NCBI RefSeq assembly: GCF_009914755.1
Contig: NC_060942.1
DNA from: the human T2T-CHM13v2.0 reference genome, Homo sapiens
Length of the DNA: 64,000 nt
Direction: 5' to 3' (one strand)
Both the position numbers and the translations under genes were made by a program. A model generated the notes under the pieces. It made no database searches, was not told the DNA's origin, and saw only the letters and a list, made by a program, of their open reading frames with translations. Each line of letters opens with the position of its first letter. Position 1 is the stretch's first letter. Below, piece after piece: positions 1 to 13,800 of the stretch.

Positions 1-1510
1 AGTGAAGAGGGCCCAGGTTCCAACCCTGATTCATTCCAGTAATGTTCAGATGGAGGAGGAGAGTCAGGCATACAGACTGAGAAGGAATAGCCAGAAAAGT
101 AGAAGGGCAGCCAGGAAAGTAAGGTGTGGTGTCACATAAGCTGGGAAAAGATAATTTTTCAAAAAGAAGAACAGAGCTGTGTTGAATGCTGCTGAGAGGG
201 TTAGTAAGATTTCGTCAGTTGTGTGACTGTTGATGTGTTTGAAAATAGCACGTTTTGTGGAATGCAAGAAATAGGTGATAGATTGGAATAAACTGAAGAG
301 GAAAAGTAAAATGAAGAATTGGAGACACGATATGCAGAAAATTCTATTGTGTAGGTGGGCTATGAATGTTACGTAGAGAAATAGGGCAATTGTTGGGTTA
401 GGGAAGGTTTTCAGTTCTTTTTGCCTTGTTTGCTTTTAATTTAAGATGGAAGAGAATAGAGCTTGTTTGGACTCAGAAATAAACTAGGTTGAAGGTCCTT
501 GAAGGATTTAGAGCCAATATTAATGCTATCATTAACCATGAAAATATTCACACGAAAGTGGACTGGGCCTTTCGACGGGGGAGGGATCATAACAGGAGGA
601 AGAAAGGAGAAGATGGGTGGGGATATAGGCAGGCTAGGGGACTTAGAGGCGAACAGATGCAGGCATTTCCCTCACGTGGACTTCTGGTTTTATTATGAAG
701 TAAGAGATGAGAGTCTCTGCAAGTGAAGATTAATTCTGAAATTGATCAGAATTATGAGAGTCAGGAAGAAGGGATGAAGTAATCATTGTGGGAGACAGGA
801 GAGCAAGCTTATTACAGAGATAATAAGAAAAAATCCGAACTCCTATGCTTGCAATTCACTTGTACGAATGATCCTTATTACATCCCAGGATGAATAAGAC
901 ATATTTATTTAATTTATTTATTTTTTTGTCCTCAAATTCCTCACTGAGGATACAGCCACAAATATAGCACATAATTTAATTGTGGTTAATGTTGAAACAG
1001 AAGTGTGCAGAGTGGACCCTGGAAGAAAGGAGAAGCATCTAAACCAGTCTGGGCCTCTGCATGGTGTTGGGGATGGCTATGGAAAGTTTCCTAGTGGAGA
1101 AAATATCTGAGTGATTCAAGAATAGAATAGTAAGAGTTATCCAGGCAAAAAGGCCTGGCAAGGTAAAAGAACAGAATGGGCATTAGTGAGAAAGTCTAAC
1201 GGGTTCAATGATGGTAGAGTCTACTGTGAAGGTGGAACAGGTAGAGTGGTAAGCAATGGGGCTGGAGAGTTGCACAGAGACCAGATCTTGGAGGCAGTGA
1301 ATGTGTTAAGGAGCTTAGGTTGCATTCTGTGTGTGTAGTGAGCCAATGCAGGTGTCTGTGTAGGACTGCGGTTGGTTTTGCCTTCTTGATAGATTAGTCT
1401 GGCTATTGCAAAGAGAGATTTGAGGGAGTAAGGGGTGTGACCAAAAGGGAGATCAGTTAGCTAGCTGCAGCAATAGTTCAGAGGAATGGTGGTATCAAAT
1501 GGTGAACTAG
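1..1510 (-). mobile_element. Degraded L2 (LINE2) fragments
   Basis: Purine-rich sequence with L2 antisense-like motifs (gactgagaaggaatagccag, gttgaatgctgctgagagg, agattagtctggct...gcagcaatagttcag). Boundaries approximate. Confidence 0.6.
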
Positions 1511-1914
1511 ACTGTCCCTACACCTTTGCACACTGCTCCCTTGAGATTAAAAGTGCCAGGCAGGAAGTTCCCGTTGGTCAGATCTGGGGCACAGAGAGAA
1601 AGGTGAATGAGATAACTTGATGCCAGTTTCCTGGGAGAAACTCATCCTCTGCTTTCCTGAGAGCTGTGGTTTTGATTCAGGCTTGCTCTCAAAACCAAGG
1701 CTAGCCTCAAAGTACATGGACTTTCCAATGGATATCTTATGGTCACCAAGCAACCTTGTCCCCTTGAACATATTCTGTTCCTTACTCTTCATCTCCAGTA
1801 AACAGGAAAGCAGCAGCTGCATAAATTCACCCCAGAACATTTAGTGACTTCTTTTTGGAGTATGTGTTTATTTTTCTAAAGAGCTATTGAGTCAGAGATA
1901 GCATGTTTTATTTC

Positions 1915-2030
1915 TTAAGACTTGGGTTCTGGGCACATCTGCTTCGAGTCTGTGCACCCTTGGGCAAGTTACTTAACTTCTTTAAGCATGAACTTGCTCA
2001 TCGGTAACATGGGAAAAGCAACCATTCTCT
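1915..2030 (+). mobile_element. MIR SINE core
   Basis: cccttgggcaagttacttaacttct...ctcatcggtaacatggg matches the MIR core. Confidence 0.7.
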
Positions 2031-2639
2031 CCCTGTAGAAGGAAGCTCAGGTTTAATGCCCATGCTTTATTCCAAGACCAGCTTCTGCTGTGTCTCTCTA
2101 CTTTCTTATTCACTCTGTTGAGTCACGTTGGAAACCCTAGAAGAATCCTGACTTTCCTTTTGAATCTTTCCTCTTTAACTCTAGTGTACTCTTCTGTTCT
2201 AAGCAGGGACTGACCTGTTTACTTGTTGTTAGCCACTACTTTGAATTTCCAAAGCCGAATATGCCTCTCAGAAGTAGGCATCTACATCCCCAAATAACGA
2301 GAAAGCAAAAAGGTCCCAGACACTGGAAGAGCACAAGCTCCGAATTTGGTGGAACTATTTGCTCTGTCTTATGGTGGCAGTATTTTTCTCTATGGGGGCT
2401 ACCACTACTGAACCAACATAGATCAGTGCTATAGGAGAGTAAGAAAAGATGCCCTCCTGAGTTCACCTTTCAGTTTCCACATCTGAATCTTTCTACTATG
2501 AGAGAAAGCACCATATATTGATTGCTGCCCAGAGAATATTCCACACACTTTAGGACAGCCCTTCATCCCTGGAAGGAATTGTCTCCAAGATGGGGATTCA
2601 AATCTTTCTTCAACAGGGGAATTCACTGTTTTACAAGCT

Positions 2640-2955
2640 CGGTCACTTCTGGAGATGAGATACATGATAAGATCAATAAATTCTTACACCTACTGTAAAT
2701 TAGTTCCTTGGTCAGAAGCAATATTGTGGATCTATTGAAAACGAATAGACATTTAGTAAGTTCTAGGATAGTGGTGTTGGCAGAAGGGTGGTGAGCAGCA
2801 AAACATATCCAAGTCCAGAATAAGTGTCTATTCCAGTGAGAATTCCTTCTTGATGGCAGAGGTTCAATGTACCCAAGCTGCCACCTGGGTGGGTCATGGT
2901 ACCATATTGGGGGCACAGTGTTGGTTGCTGCTGCTGGCAAACTGGGCACTCCAGT
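2640..2955 (-). mobile_element. ERVL-class endogenous retrovirus pol (integrase) relic, frameshifted
   Basis: Minus-strand translations WQLGYIEPLPS, TGIDTYSG, SANTTILELTKCL and HNIASDQGTN resemble the ERV-L integrase core (WQVDYIGPLPS...TGIDTYSG...SAKTTIRGLTECL...HSIASDQGTHF). Confidence 0.75.
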
Positions 2956-3220
2956 TTGAACCATTAAAGATAATTTATATTAGTGTTTCTATAACTTCTA
3001 AAACATCTTTTGATAAGGATAATAATCTCATTGTCATTCTGTACTGATATTTGGATATAATCCTAGCAGGGCATAGCTCTGATTAAGAACAATTGAACCA
3101 TTCAATTTTTTATTAGCCTCTATTTTCACTAGCCAGGATATTTTCATGAAACTTTTTAGTTTCAAAGCAAGTTTTTTCTTTCCAATAGAAAGTGTTATAT
3201 TAGTAAACAATTTTGTCTTC

Positions 3221-4047
<827 letters not shown>

Positions 4048-5092
4048 GTCTTCAACTGACAGAAGCCTTTCCCCACTTTCTCTATCCCCCACCAAGATTA
4101 TTTGAATGCTCATAAAGAAGAGTATCTGTCCTCCTGTTGTTGTACCTTACTGTGTTTAATTTTGTTGGTTTTAATTCCTGCTTGAGACATTATCTATGAC
4201 ATTTTAAAGAACTGGTGTCCTGATTTTTCAGTCTTTCTTCGCATTATAATAAGTAATCTAGAAATTGTAATAAAGATAGTTCAGTGATTTGTAGGAACAA
4301 TGAGACATAATATTTAAATTTAAGACTGTCCTGAAAAATCCAGTATATATCATCACTGGGAGTATGAACTTAGTTGTGTGACTTCAGATAAGTCGGTTTT
4401 TCCCTCTTTAGACTTCAGGTGTCTCAACTGTGATTTATGAAAGCTGGTCAATGCCAGTGGTTTCCAGGTCTAATAGATGGAATAACATTGATCAGTGGGA
4501 AACGTTTTGAATGTTTCCTTGATATGGTTGAGCTTGAATGCTACTTTTGTTGTCCTGAAATAGAACTCATATATAATGTAAACCACCAATACATATAATG
4601 TTTAAAAGTCTATATCATAAATGTGATAAAGAAAAATAAATAGAAAGGAAGTAATTGGTTATAAAATAACATGTTTTCTATTTATTTTTAAAATTTTTCT
4701 TTAACTGCCACCCTGGCTGCTTAATAAAGTAGTGTGTTTTCAATATGTAAATGACTGGTCATTAGCTATCCAAAAAAAAAAAACAAAACCCCTTTATAGA
4801 GGTTTGTATCTATTTGGAGCATTGTTGCAAATCAACAGCTACAAGTTCAGACACATTAGGTAGGTTGAAATGTGTCTCAAATGCTGTGAGAAGTGTTGGT
4901 GTTGATAATGTTATTTTGCAAAATGTTAAAAATATCATGATACACTTCTAAAGTAATATCAAAATGCAGTCTTTTAAAAATTTATGAGGTAATTGTATTC
5001 CTGAAATCCATACAACATTATTTCATAATTTTGTGTATATCTGTTTAGGTTCTAAGTTTAGATAATTATACACAAGACTGTGCCTACCTTAC

Positions 5093-7230
5093 ATGGGTCT
5101 TCATTTTTTATCCAATTTGATAATTTGTCTTTTCTTTAGGGTATTTAGACCACTTACATTTAATGTTATTATTGCTATAGTTGGGCTTAAATCTACCATT
5201 TTGCTATTTATTCAGTTTTTTTTTTTCCAATCTGTTTTTTGTTCCCTTTTTCCTCTTTGTCTTTATTTGGACTAAGTAAACACACTTTATGGCTCCATTT
5301 TACCTCCTTTGTTGTCTTGTTGGCAATACCTCTTTTTTTTTAATTTTTATTTTATTTTTATTTTTTAGATAGCTTTAGGGCTTATGGTATACCTCCTTAA
5401 CCTATCATAGTCTACCTTCAAGTAATATTATAGTACATGAGACATAACAACCTCATTATAGCAGATTTTCATGTCCCCCTCCTGGCTATTGTGCTATTAT
5501 TGTAATACATTTTATATATATTAAAAACTGTTTTTTTATTTTTGTTTTAAACAATTATCTTTTCGAGAGATTTTAAAAACAAGGAAAGTAGTCTTTTATA
5601 TTTGCTCACAGATTTACCTTTTCTAGTGTTCTTCATTATTTTGTGTAGACCCCTACTTCCATCTTTCTAAAATTTCAATAGTTTGGGGGAACAGGTGGTT
5701 TTTGGTTACAGGGATACATTATTTAGTGGTAATTTCTGAGATTTTGGTGCATCTGTCACCCGAGCAATGTACACTGTACCAATATCATTTTCCTTCTGCC
5801 TTGTAGTGCAAGTTTGTGCACAATGAATTTAGTCAGCTTTTGTATATCTGAAAAACATTTTTATTTCACCTTTATTACTGAAAATTATTTTCACTTGGTG
5901 TAGAATTCTAAGTCAGCATTTGTTTCCCTTTTAGCACTTTAGCAATGTTGCTTCAACATTTCCAATGTTGTATTATTTCCAATGAGAAGTTGGCTATTAT
6001 CTTTATCTGTACATAATACAACTTTTATTACAATAATTCTGCTTTCAAGAATTTCTCATCAATGGTTTTAAGTACTGTGCCTATGATGTGTTGCAGTGTA
6101 CTTTTCTTCATGCTTCTTCTTGCTTGAGATTTGCTGAGCTTCTTAAATCCGTGTTTTTCTTTCACTAAATTTTGAAAATTTCCGGCTATTGTTTCTTCAA
6201 ACATTTTACTCTCCTTAAATTACATGTATATTAGGCTGCCCATTAATGCTCTGGCCACTTTTGTTTCAATTTTTCTTTCTCTCTATGCTTCATTTCAGAC
6301 AGTTTCTAATGCTAAGTTTTCAGGTTCACTAATCTTTTCTTCTTTAGTATCTAAGATACTGTTAATTTCACCCAGTGTATTTTCATCACAGTCATATTTT
6401 TATCTCTAAAATTTTAAGTCATGTATTTTTTAAAAACCATCTATGTCTCTACATAGCATGCACAATCTTTGTTCTATGTTCCTGAGCATATAGAATATAG
6501 TTACAAGCTTTACTATTTTTATTTACTAATTTTGTAGTTCTGTGTCATTTCTGGATCAGCTTCCATTGATTAATATTACTCTATATGATGGCTAATCTTT
6601 ACCTATTTCTTTGCATGCTTGGTAATTTTTTATTTGATGCTATATATTGAGAATTTTACTATATGGGATGCTGAAAGTTTTATCTATTCTTCTATAAATA
6701 TTTGAACTTTGTTCTAGAATGCAGTTAAGTTACTTAGAAACAGTTGTTCCTTTCAAGGCTTGCTTTCAACTTTTGTTAGGCAGAACTAGAGAGGCCTTTA
6801 AGGCTAATTTTACCCCACTACTGAAACCATACCATTCCATATACTCTACTTAAATGCTCTGTGAAATTACAAGGTTTTCCACTCTGGCTGGTTTGAATAC
6901 ATACTAGTTTTAGCCTTATGTGAGCTTTAAGCATCGTTCCCTCGGCTTCTTTGGATAGTTTTTTCCTCATCATTAGCTAATTTCCTCACATGTATCCACT
7001 GAGCTGTACTCAGCTGAAGACTTGATGGGGAGCCTCTGCTGATCTCTTGAGCTTTCTCTGGAAACTCTGCAGGCAATATTCTGGGGCAATCATGGAGCTT
7101 ACATTGTTTACCCTTTCTCAGGGATTATTCTCTTTTGTTGTCTAATGTGTCTAATGTCTAATATTTCTATTTTTAAAAACTGTCTCAGGTGAGAGGGTAA
7201 ATCTAGTCCCTTTTAGACTGGAAACAAAAG
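5093..7230 (-). mobile_element. Old L1M element (5' UTR/ORF1/inter-ORF region)
   Basis: T-rich antisense L1 motifs (gtatttagaccacttacatttaatgtta, tccaatgagaagttggcta, ttgctgagcttctt). Confidence 0.75.
5670..5782 (-). mobile_element. Short L1PB/L1MA-type 3'-end fragment nested in L1M
   Basis: gggggaacaggtggtttttggttaca...gagattttggtgcatctgtcacccgagcaatgtacactgtacc. Confidence 0.7.
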
Positions 7231-7307
7231 TCTCTTGTGCTGTCTCTCTGTTTTTCTATCAACATAATATTAACCTCATTGGAAAATTTAGACAACTTCT
7301 TTTTCTT

Positions 7308-7770
7308 CAGCTGTAAATCCATCTGGTCCTGGGCTTTTTTTGGTTGGTAGGCTATTAATTACTGCCTCAATTTCAGAACTTGTTGTTGGTCTATTCAGGA
7401 TTCAGCTTCTTCCTGATTTAGTCTTGGGAGGGTGTATGTATCCAAGAATTTATTAATTTCTCTAGATGTTCTAGTTTATTTGCATAGAGGTGTTTACAGT
7501 ATTCTCTGATGGTGGTTTCTATTTCTGTGGGGTCAGTGGTGATATCCCCTTTATCATTTTTTATTGTGTCTATTTGATTCTTCTCTCTTTTCTTCTTTAT
7601 TAATCTAGCTAGCAGTCTGTCTATTTCATTAATTTTTTAAAAAACAGCTCCTGGATTCATTGATTTTTTGAAGGGTTTTTAAAAATGTCTTTATCTCTTT
7701 CAGTTCCACTCTGATCTTGGTTATTTCTTGTCTTCTGCTAGCTTTGGGGTTTGTTTGCTCTTGGTTCTCT
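7308..7770 (-). mobile_element. Primate L1P internal ORF2 fragment
   Basis: gctgtaaatccatctggtcctgggctttttttggttggtaggctattaattactgcctcaatttcagaac... closely matches L1PA ORF2 antisense. Confidence 0.9.
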
Positions 7771-7879
7771 TGGAATACTTTTAAGGCCTGGTATTATTGA
7801 AAACACCTTTATTTCATCACTCACATGTAATTAAAACCATTAAAGTTTTTAAGAAAAACTTTACATAGGTGTTTCACTT

Positions 7880-8063
7880 TTAAAATTTATTTACTTTTAT
7901 TTTAATTGACAAATGATAATTATATATTTATGGGGCCTAACAATGTGATGTCTTGATATACGTTTACATAGTGGAATGATGAAATCAAGCCAATTAATAT
8001 ATCCATCACCTCACATACTTAGCATTTTTTGTGGTGAGAACACTTAAAATGTACTGTTTCAGT
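7880..8063 (-). mobile_element. L1MA-type 3' end fragment
   Basis: aattgacaaatgataattatatatttatgggg...atccatcacctcacatactta...tttttgtggtgagaacacttaaaat. Confidence 0.8.
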
Positions 8064-9562
8064 GGTAGAAGTTATTCTTTATTTTCCTGTGACTGCTAGT
8101 ATTCTGTTGAGAAGAATGATGTTCTTCTGATTTTTATTCTACTTTTTCCCTCTGTAAAGTTTTTAGTTTTCAATTTTTCTTCTTGATGTTACTAAATTAT
8201 GATATACCTGGGTGTGGGTTTGGTTGCTTATTTATTTATATTTTTGAAATATTATTATGTCTTCTTGGTAAATATTCTATTAGCCCTTTCAGTATGTACT
8301 ATAATTATTTTTAATTACGAGGCAATTTCTTGGTTATTATGTCTTCAAATATTGCCCCCTCTGTAGCTTCTTTTTCCTGTTCTTATGGGATTTTTATTAA
8401 GCTGCTATGGACACTTTTACTCCTGACCTCATATTCATTAACATAGTTTGTATATTTTCCATGTCTTTCTTCCTTCTGATTTTGTGTATGTGTGTTTCCT
8501 AGCTTGCAAATGTAATCTTTGGCTTTACCCAGTTTGACTTTCATTATGTACACTGTACAGGAAGCTTAGGAGGTTCTGAATGAATTAGCTGGATCTAGAC
8601 AGTCCCTAATGCAGTGAGTGGCTGCTACAGCTAGACACTGCCCAAGTGATTCAAAGGGATTAAGGTTGGCATTGCATCACTCACTAAACACCAGCCAGGA
8701 AGTTGCCAGAAAAGGCATGGACAGCCAGAGGGAATACCCAACTACATTCAACAGACTGGGAGAAAGCTGTGAAAAGCCCTTACCATCTGAAGCTAATGGG
8801 ACATGATGTAGGGTGGAGAGACAGCCTTGGGTGAGAGAGGACCAGGGGAGAAGACCAGAGGGCCACAGACTACAGAAGGGCAGGTGGAGATTTCTGGGCA
8901 TATACTCTCCCCTCCAACATCAGTTTGCGCTGACTGGGTAGGAAGCTCCAATCTCAACCTCTGGACAGGAAGAGCTAAGCTGAGCCTCTCATCCATAGAC
9001 AGAATTGCATCTCAGCATCCCTATAATGCAGGGGCTTGGCAAAACAACCTGCCTGCCTCAAGCCTCAGCCTCTTAAATAGCACTGCCTCAATGGGGACTG
9101 GGGAGAGGAACAGAAAATAGAAGTCCCAGCTAGAGGCAGAGTGGCTCAAAAACCCAAACCAGTCTCTCACAGGATATCAGGAGAGGCCCTCAAATGTGAG
9201 CCCTTCAAATGCAAGACATGGCCTGCCCAAGCCTCAGTCCTGGGGAGGAAAACACAAGCTGAGTCACAGCTTTCAAGAGTACACACACGATGTGAAAAGG
9301 AGAGGCAGCCTACAGTCTAAAGGTCATGTGGATGAGCTCTCTGGCAAATTTCATGAGGCATTAAGAAGCCCGAGCACTATATAAGAAAGACAACAAGTGG
9401 AATGCAATGTAAAACATAGAATGGAATATGTCGCAGTAACTAGATCTAACTAAACATACTGAAAAGACAGTATGCTAAAAATAAAAAGCTAAAACCCAGC
9501 CATAGTAATATTTCCAGTGACGTAAGATAGGATACTGAGAACATAAAGCAAGAATCAATGGC

Positions 9563-10098
9563 TACAGTAGGATGAATAATGACCTTCCAAAGATAATGGC
9601 ATTCCAATCCCCGGAACCTGTGAATATGTTAAGTTACATGGCAAAAGGGACTTTGCAGATGTGATTAACGTTACAGATGTTGAGATGGGGAAAGTATCCT
9701 GCGTTGTTCAGGTAGACAATCTGACCCCATGAGCTTTTAAAATCAGCTGAAGTTAGTGAGAGAGGCCTGAGACATGAGAAGACTCAACTGCTCTTCCTAG
9801 CTTTAAAGACAAAGGGGTCATGAGCCAAGGCATGTAGGTAGCTGCGAGAAGATGAGAGCTATACCCAGCAAGGAAGCAGGACCTCAGTCCTGCAACCGCA
9901 TGAAACTGAATCCTGTCAACAACCTGCATGAGCCTGAAGGCAGCTTCTCCCCCAGAGCCTCTAGCAGGAACACAGCCGGCAACACCTTGACTTTAACACA
10001 ACGAGCCCTGACCTCTGACCTGCAGAACTGTGAGATGATACATTTGTGCCACTAAGATTGTGACAATTTGTTACGGCAGCAATAAAAATACTAATACA
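9563..10098 (+). mobile_element. MaLR LTR (MLT1D/E-like)
   Basis: atccccggaacctgtgaatatgtta...ggcaaaagggactttgcagatgtgatta...cagaactgtgagat...ctaataca. Confidence 0.85.
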
Positions 10099-10384
10099 GT
10101 ATTCAAGAAAATTTGTCAAAATAAACAAAGAGTGGCAGAGAATGGATCGCTTGATTCAAAACTATCTCTTCTCCATATACTCTACCACTAAAGTTTTCAG
10201 ATCGTGGATATAGACACATGCAACTCCAATGTTAGTAATTTTAAAAATATGAACATTATAAATTATAAAAGCTTTTCTCTCTGACAAGTGTGCGTAGCTG
10301 TTACTATGTTTTAAAATTATTGCTCGTACGATGTAAAACATCACATTTTACAATAATTTCTAACTTGTCAAATGATTTTACTTT

Positions 10385-10530
10385 CACTATATCACGCTTA
10401 TGATAACCTTGTGAGGTAGAGACCACGGATGTGATTGTTACCCATTCTATGAATGAAGAAATTGAGGCTTAAAGAGTTTTGCTGATTTGCCTCTGCTCAT
10501 ATGGTAAGCTAGTGGCAAATAGGGCCCCTA
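10385..10530 (-). mobile_element. MIR
   Basis: aaccttgtgaggtag...cccattctatgaatgaagaaattgaggc. Confidence 0.7.
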
Positions 10531-11095
10531 ACATTGTGTTTCTTTTTTACCAGTTTTTTTTTTTTTTTTTAAATCTCAGCGTAGGCTATGCTATTGGCCA
10601 GAAAAAGTCACATGGCCCTGACCCAAGTACAAAGAAGGCTGGGAATTGTAGAGGAGCTCATGGACTACATGGTGACCACCAACTATTTCTGTCACAGCCA
10701 CTTGTGTATCAATCATCTGGGAAGTCTTTACTTGATACACATATCAAGTAAAATACCATATTGTCTGAAACTTTCCTTAATATACCATAAAGAAAAAAGA
10801 GTGTGGAGCACTGAAAGATAAAAGAAGATTGGGAAACTGTTAATTGTTGTAGCTGGGTGATGAGTACCTGGGAATTCATGATATTATTCTCTCTACCTTT
10901 GCGTATCTTTGAAAATTTCCATTATAAAAATTTAAGCAATAAAGGAAAAACTCTCATCCAGGGAATTTTTATTTAGTATATCTGAGGTGAGGCTTGGGTA
11001 TGAATATTTTGCAAAATCTTCCCAGCTTATTTCCAAGGGGATTTAACCCTATCACTCATCAAGTTTCATATTCATACCATGGTCATGTATTATTT

Positions 11096-11102
11096 AAAAA
11101 AA

Positions 11103-11164
<62 letters not shown>

Positions 11165-11167
11165 CAC
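11096..11167. repeat. Compound microsatellite A25(TA)18 followed by a short CA run
   Basis: Read directly from the sequence. Confidence 0.95.
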
Positions 11168-11453
11168 TTTTTTTTTATCACTGTTGGACTATTCAGTTCA
11201 TGAATAATCAATTTTCATTATTTGTGTTCTGATTCCATGCTATGTATATCTTAACCTTGAGTCTTTTTAATACCTGTGGTCCTGATATTGTCACAAAATA
11301 AGTGTTCCTGAGGCCAGCCTGGGCAACAAAGAGAGACCCCATCTCTACCAAAAAACAATTTTTTTTTTTGTCCTGTGAAGTAATCTTTTAAAAAAAGAAA
11401 ATTCTTCTGAGGTCAGAATACTTAGTCCCACCTCTGTGTTTTGGAAACTAGAC

Positions 11454-11925
11454 TGTGTGGTTGACTAAAAAGGCCACAGATTCTTTGCAGTTTCTCCCAC
11501 GGAGACTGGGCTCTATTTCCCTCCCTTTGAATTTGGCCTGGTTTTGTGGTTGCTCTGACCAATAGAATGCAGCAGAAGGGACACTGTGGGAATTGCAAGC
11601 CTAGGTGTAGGCTTCTGATCTCACCCTCTTGGAAAATCATCTGCCATGTGGCCAAGCTCAGGCTAGCTTGCTGGAAACACATGACACAGCCGACAGTCTC
11701 ACCAGCCACCATACAAGCGAGTGAGGTCACATTACATCGTTCAACTGCAGTTGAGCCACTAAATAACTGCAGCCACGTAAGTGATCTCAAGTGAGACCAG
11801 AAGAAGAACCACTCAGCTGAGCCCAGTTCAAATTGTTGGCCCACAGAATCATGAGCAAATAAAATGGTTGTTATTTTTAAGCCACTGAGTTTTGGGATGG
11901 TATGTTATGCATCAACAGACAACAG
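11454..11925 (+). mobile_element. MaLR LTR (MLT1G/H-like)
   Basis: ctctgaccaatagaatgcagcagaag...agctgagcccag...aaataaaatggttgttatttttaagccactgagttttggg. Confidence 0.8.
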
Positions 11926-13229
11926 GTTAGATGGTGCTATCCCCACAGAACCTCAAGACCATGGTTAAAATTTTAAAATGTGTTTTCTCTTTGTTTGGAT
12001 TTTCTTTTTTTCAATTCTTGAAAATCTCTAGGCTGCACATCTCAGAGATTAGAAGAATTGCATCTCAGAAGTCTCAGAGTTTAAAAAAAAACAATCAAAC
12101 TTTGTTTTCCCTCCAAGAAGAACTGGTGTCCTTTATTCACTCAGCTTTCCTTTTATCTACTTTTATGACCTCTGAGTTGCATAGGATGTGATTTAATTTT
12201 GGGCTTGGAACAGAATTTACATTGGCATTGAGGGAGTTTTCCTGAGAGATAAACCTTCAAGGAAACACATATTGTAATTCAAGAGAAAGTGAGAGTTTCG
12301 AACTAGTGTGATTTCAAAAGCAAGAGTGCAGGCACTGAAGTCTATTCATTAACTTACTCCCCAGATGCTGTTGATGGTATTTGCCTCTTCTGGGGTCAAC
12401 CCAAGAACCTTATGAGGCAGTGATAATATTAGGATATTCATTCCACAGGTGAGGAAAACAAGATTGAGTGAAAAAATTGTTTGACTGATGCTAGTTTCTT
12501 ACTATCACAGTTAGGAGAGATCTAATGTTTTGCAAAATCACACCAAGGACCTAAACTCTAATGAAGCAAACTTTCCCTTTCCTGTATCAATCCTCAGTGG
12601 GTCACACACAGAGAACTGCTGCTTCCCAACCATTCTGTTCCTGAGTCTGTGCATTAAGTGAAGTCTAAATGAGAAACTTGCATTCCGGAGAAAGCACTTA
12701 TGTGCCCCAAAGCAGATTTAAGCTGTCATGAATTCCTGAACTACACCAGTGAGTCTGAGCATCCTTGGGAATGATTTGCTAAACTGCTCTTTTTAAAGTT
12801 AAGGTGCCTTTGCTATAGATTGAATCTTGCCTATGAGATGTAGTCTAAAAATAATGCATAAATTAAAAGGTATCATTTTTACTTCTTATCTTTAAAATGC
12901 TCACTATATCCAGCGGAGCTTACAATCTAGAATCTTCGACCCTAGGTGACAATTTTCAAAATGTATTTTAACTAAGAATAACTATTTTTGCCTGTCTGAA
13001 AAAGGGTATATTAAATGTATTTTTAAGTGATGTAGTTCATATATTTTCTGCTAAAAAATGTCATAAATGAGAAGAAAGACATTTACTGTGAGAGGACACT
13101 GCCCACTTTATGAAGGGATTGAATGGCAACAACAAGCAACTTTTTTAGACTTGCTGACAAAGGGAGTGCCTGAAGCAGTGAGGAAGTCTTTCAAGAGAAA
13201 TTAAACAAGGGGACTTTGATGTACACTTC

Positions 13230-13800
13230 TCTGTGCAGGTTCCTGAACCCAGGGCTACCGTTGACTCAAAAATAATAAGCCCTGCCCTCAAGAGTTTACA
13301 ATCTACATAGGCATAGAAGGCATAATGCATTTGAAAAGTTAAGGGCAATAGAACAGGCAACACGGCAACAACAACAACAAAAACAAAAATTCAGGACAGA
13401 CATGAGACATCACGACAGCACATGATAAATGTAAAATGAGTACGTGGTATATGCTACATGAACTCAGATGGAGCAGGGCTTTTGAGGGCTGGGCATGGGG
13501 CAAGGCCATGCATGTTAAGCAATGGGAACAGTTTTTGGATCCTAAAGAGTGAACAAGATTTGGAAAAGCTAAAAGGAACGGGTAAGGTAACCCAGTTTGG
13601 GAAAAGGTAGAGATGTTGATACATGAGATAGCAAAGGAAAGAGGCAAGAAAGCACATAACAGCATGCATTATTTTGGAGACAGTGAATAGAAGAGCCTGT
13701 CTGGAATGGAGTGAAGGTGTGTGTTGGTGGAAGGTTGGGTGATTTAAGCCTGACTATGGGGGCTCTTAGTGGTCAAGGTATTTGATCTCCATTCCCTTGA
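13230..13800 (-). mobile_element. L2 fragment
   Basis: ccctgccctcaagagtttacaatcta... is an antisense L2 3' motif. Confidence 0.6.

Noticed and set aside
8560-9370. GC-moderate block with several overlapping short ORFs
   Set aside because: It lies between L1 relics and may be an unrecognised repeat. The ORFs show no protein-like features and I could not assign it.
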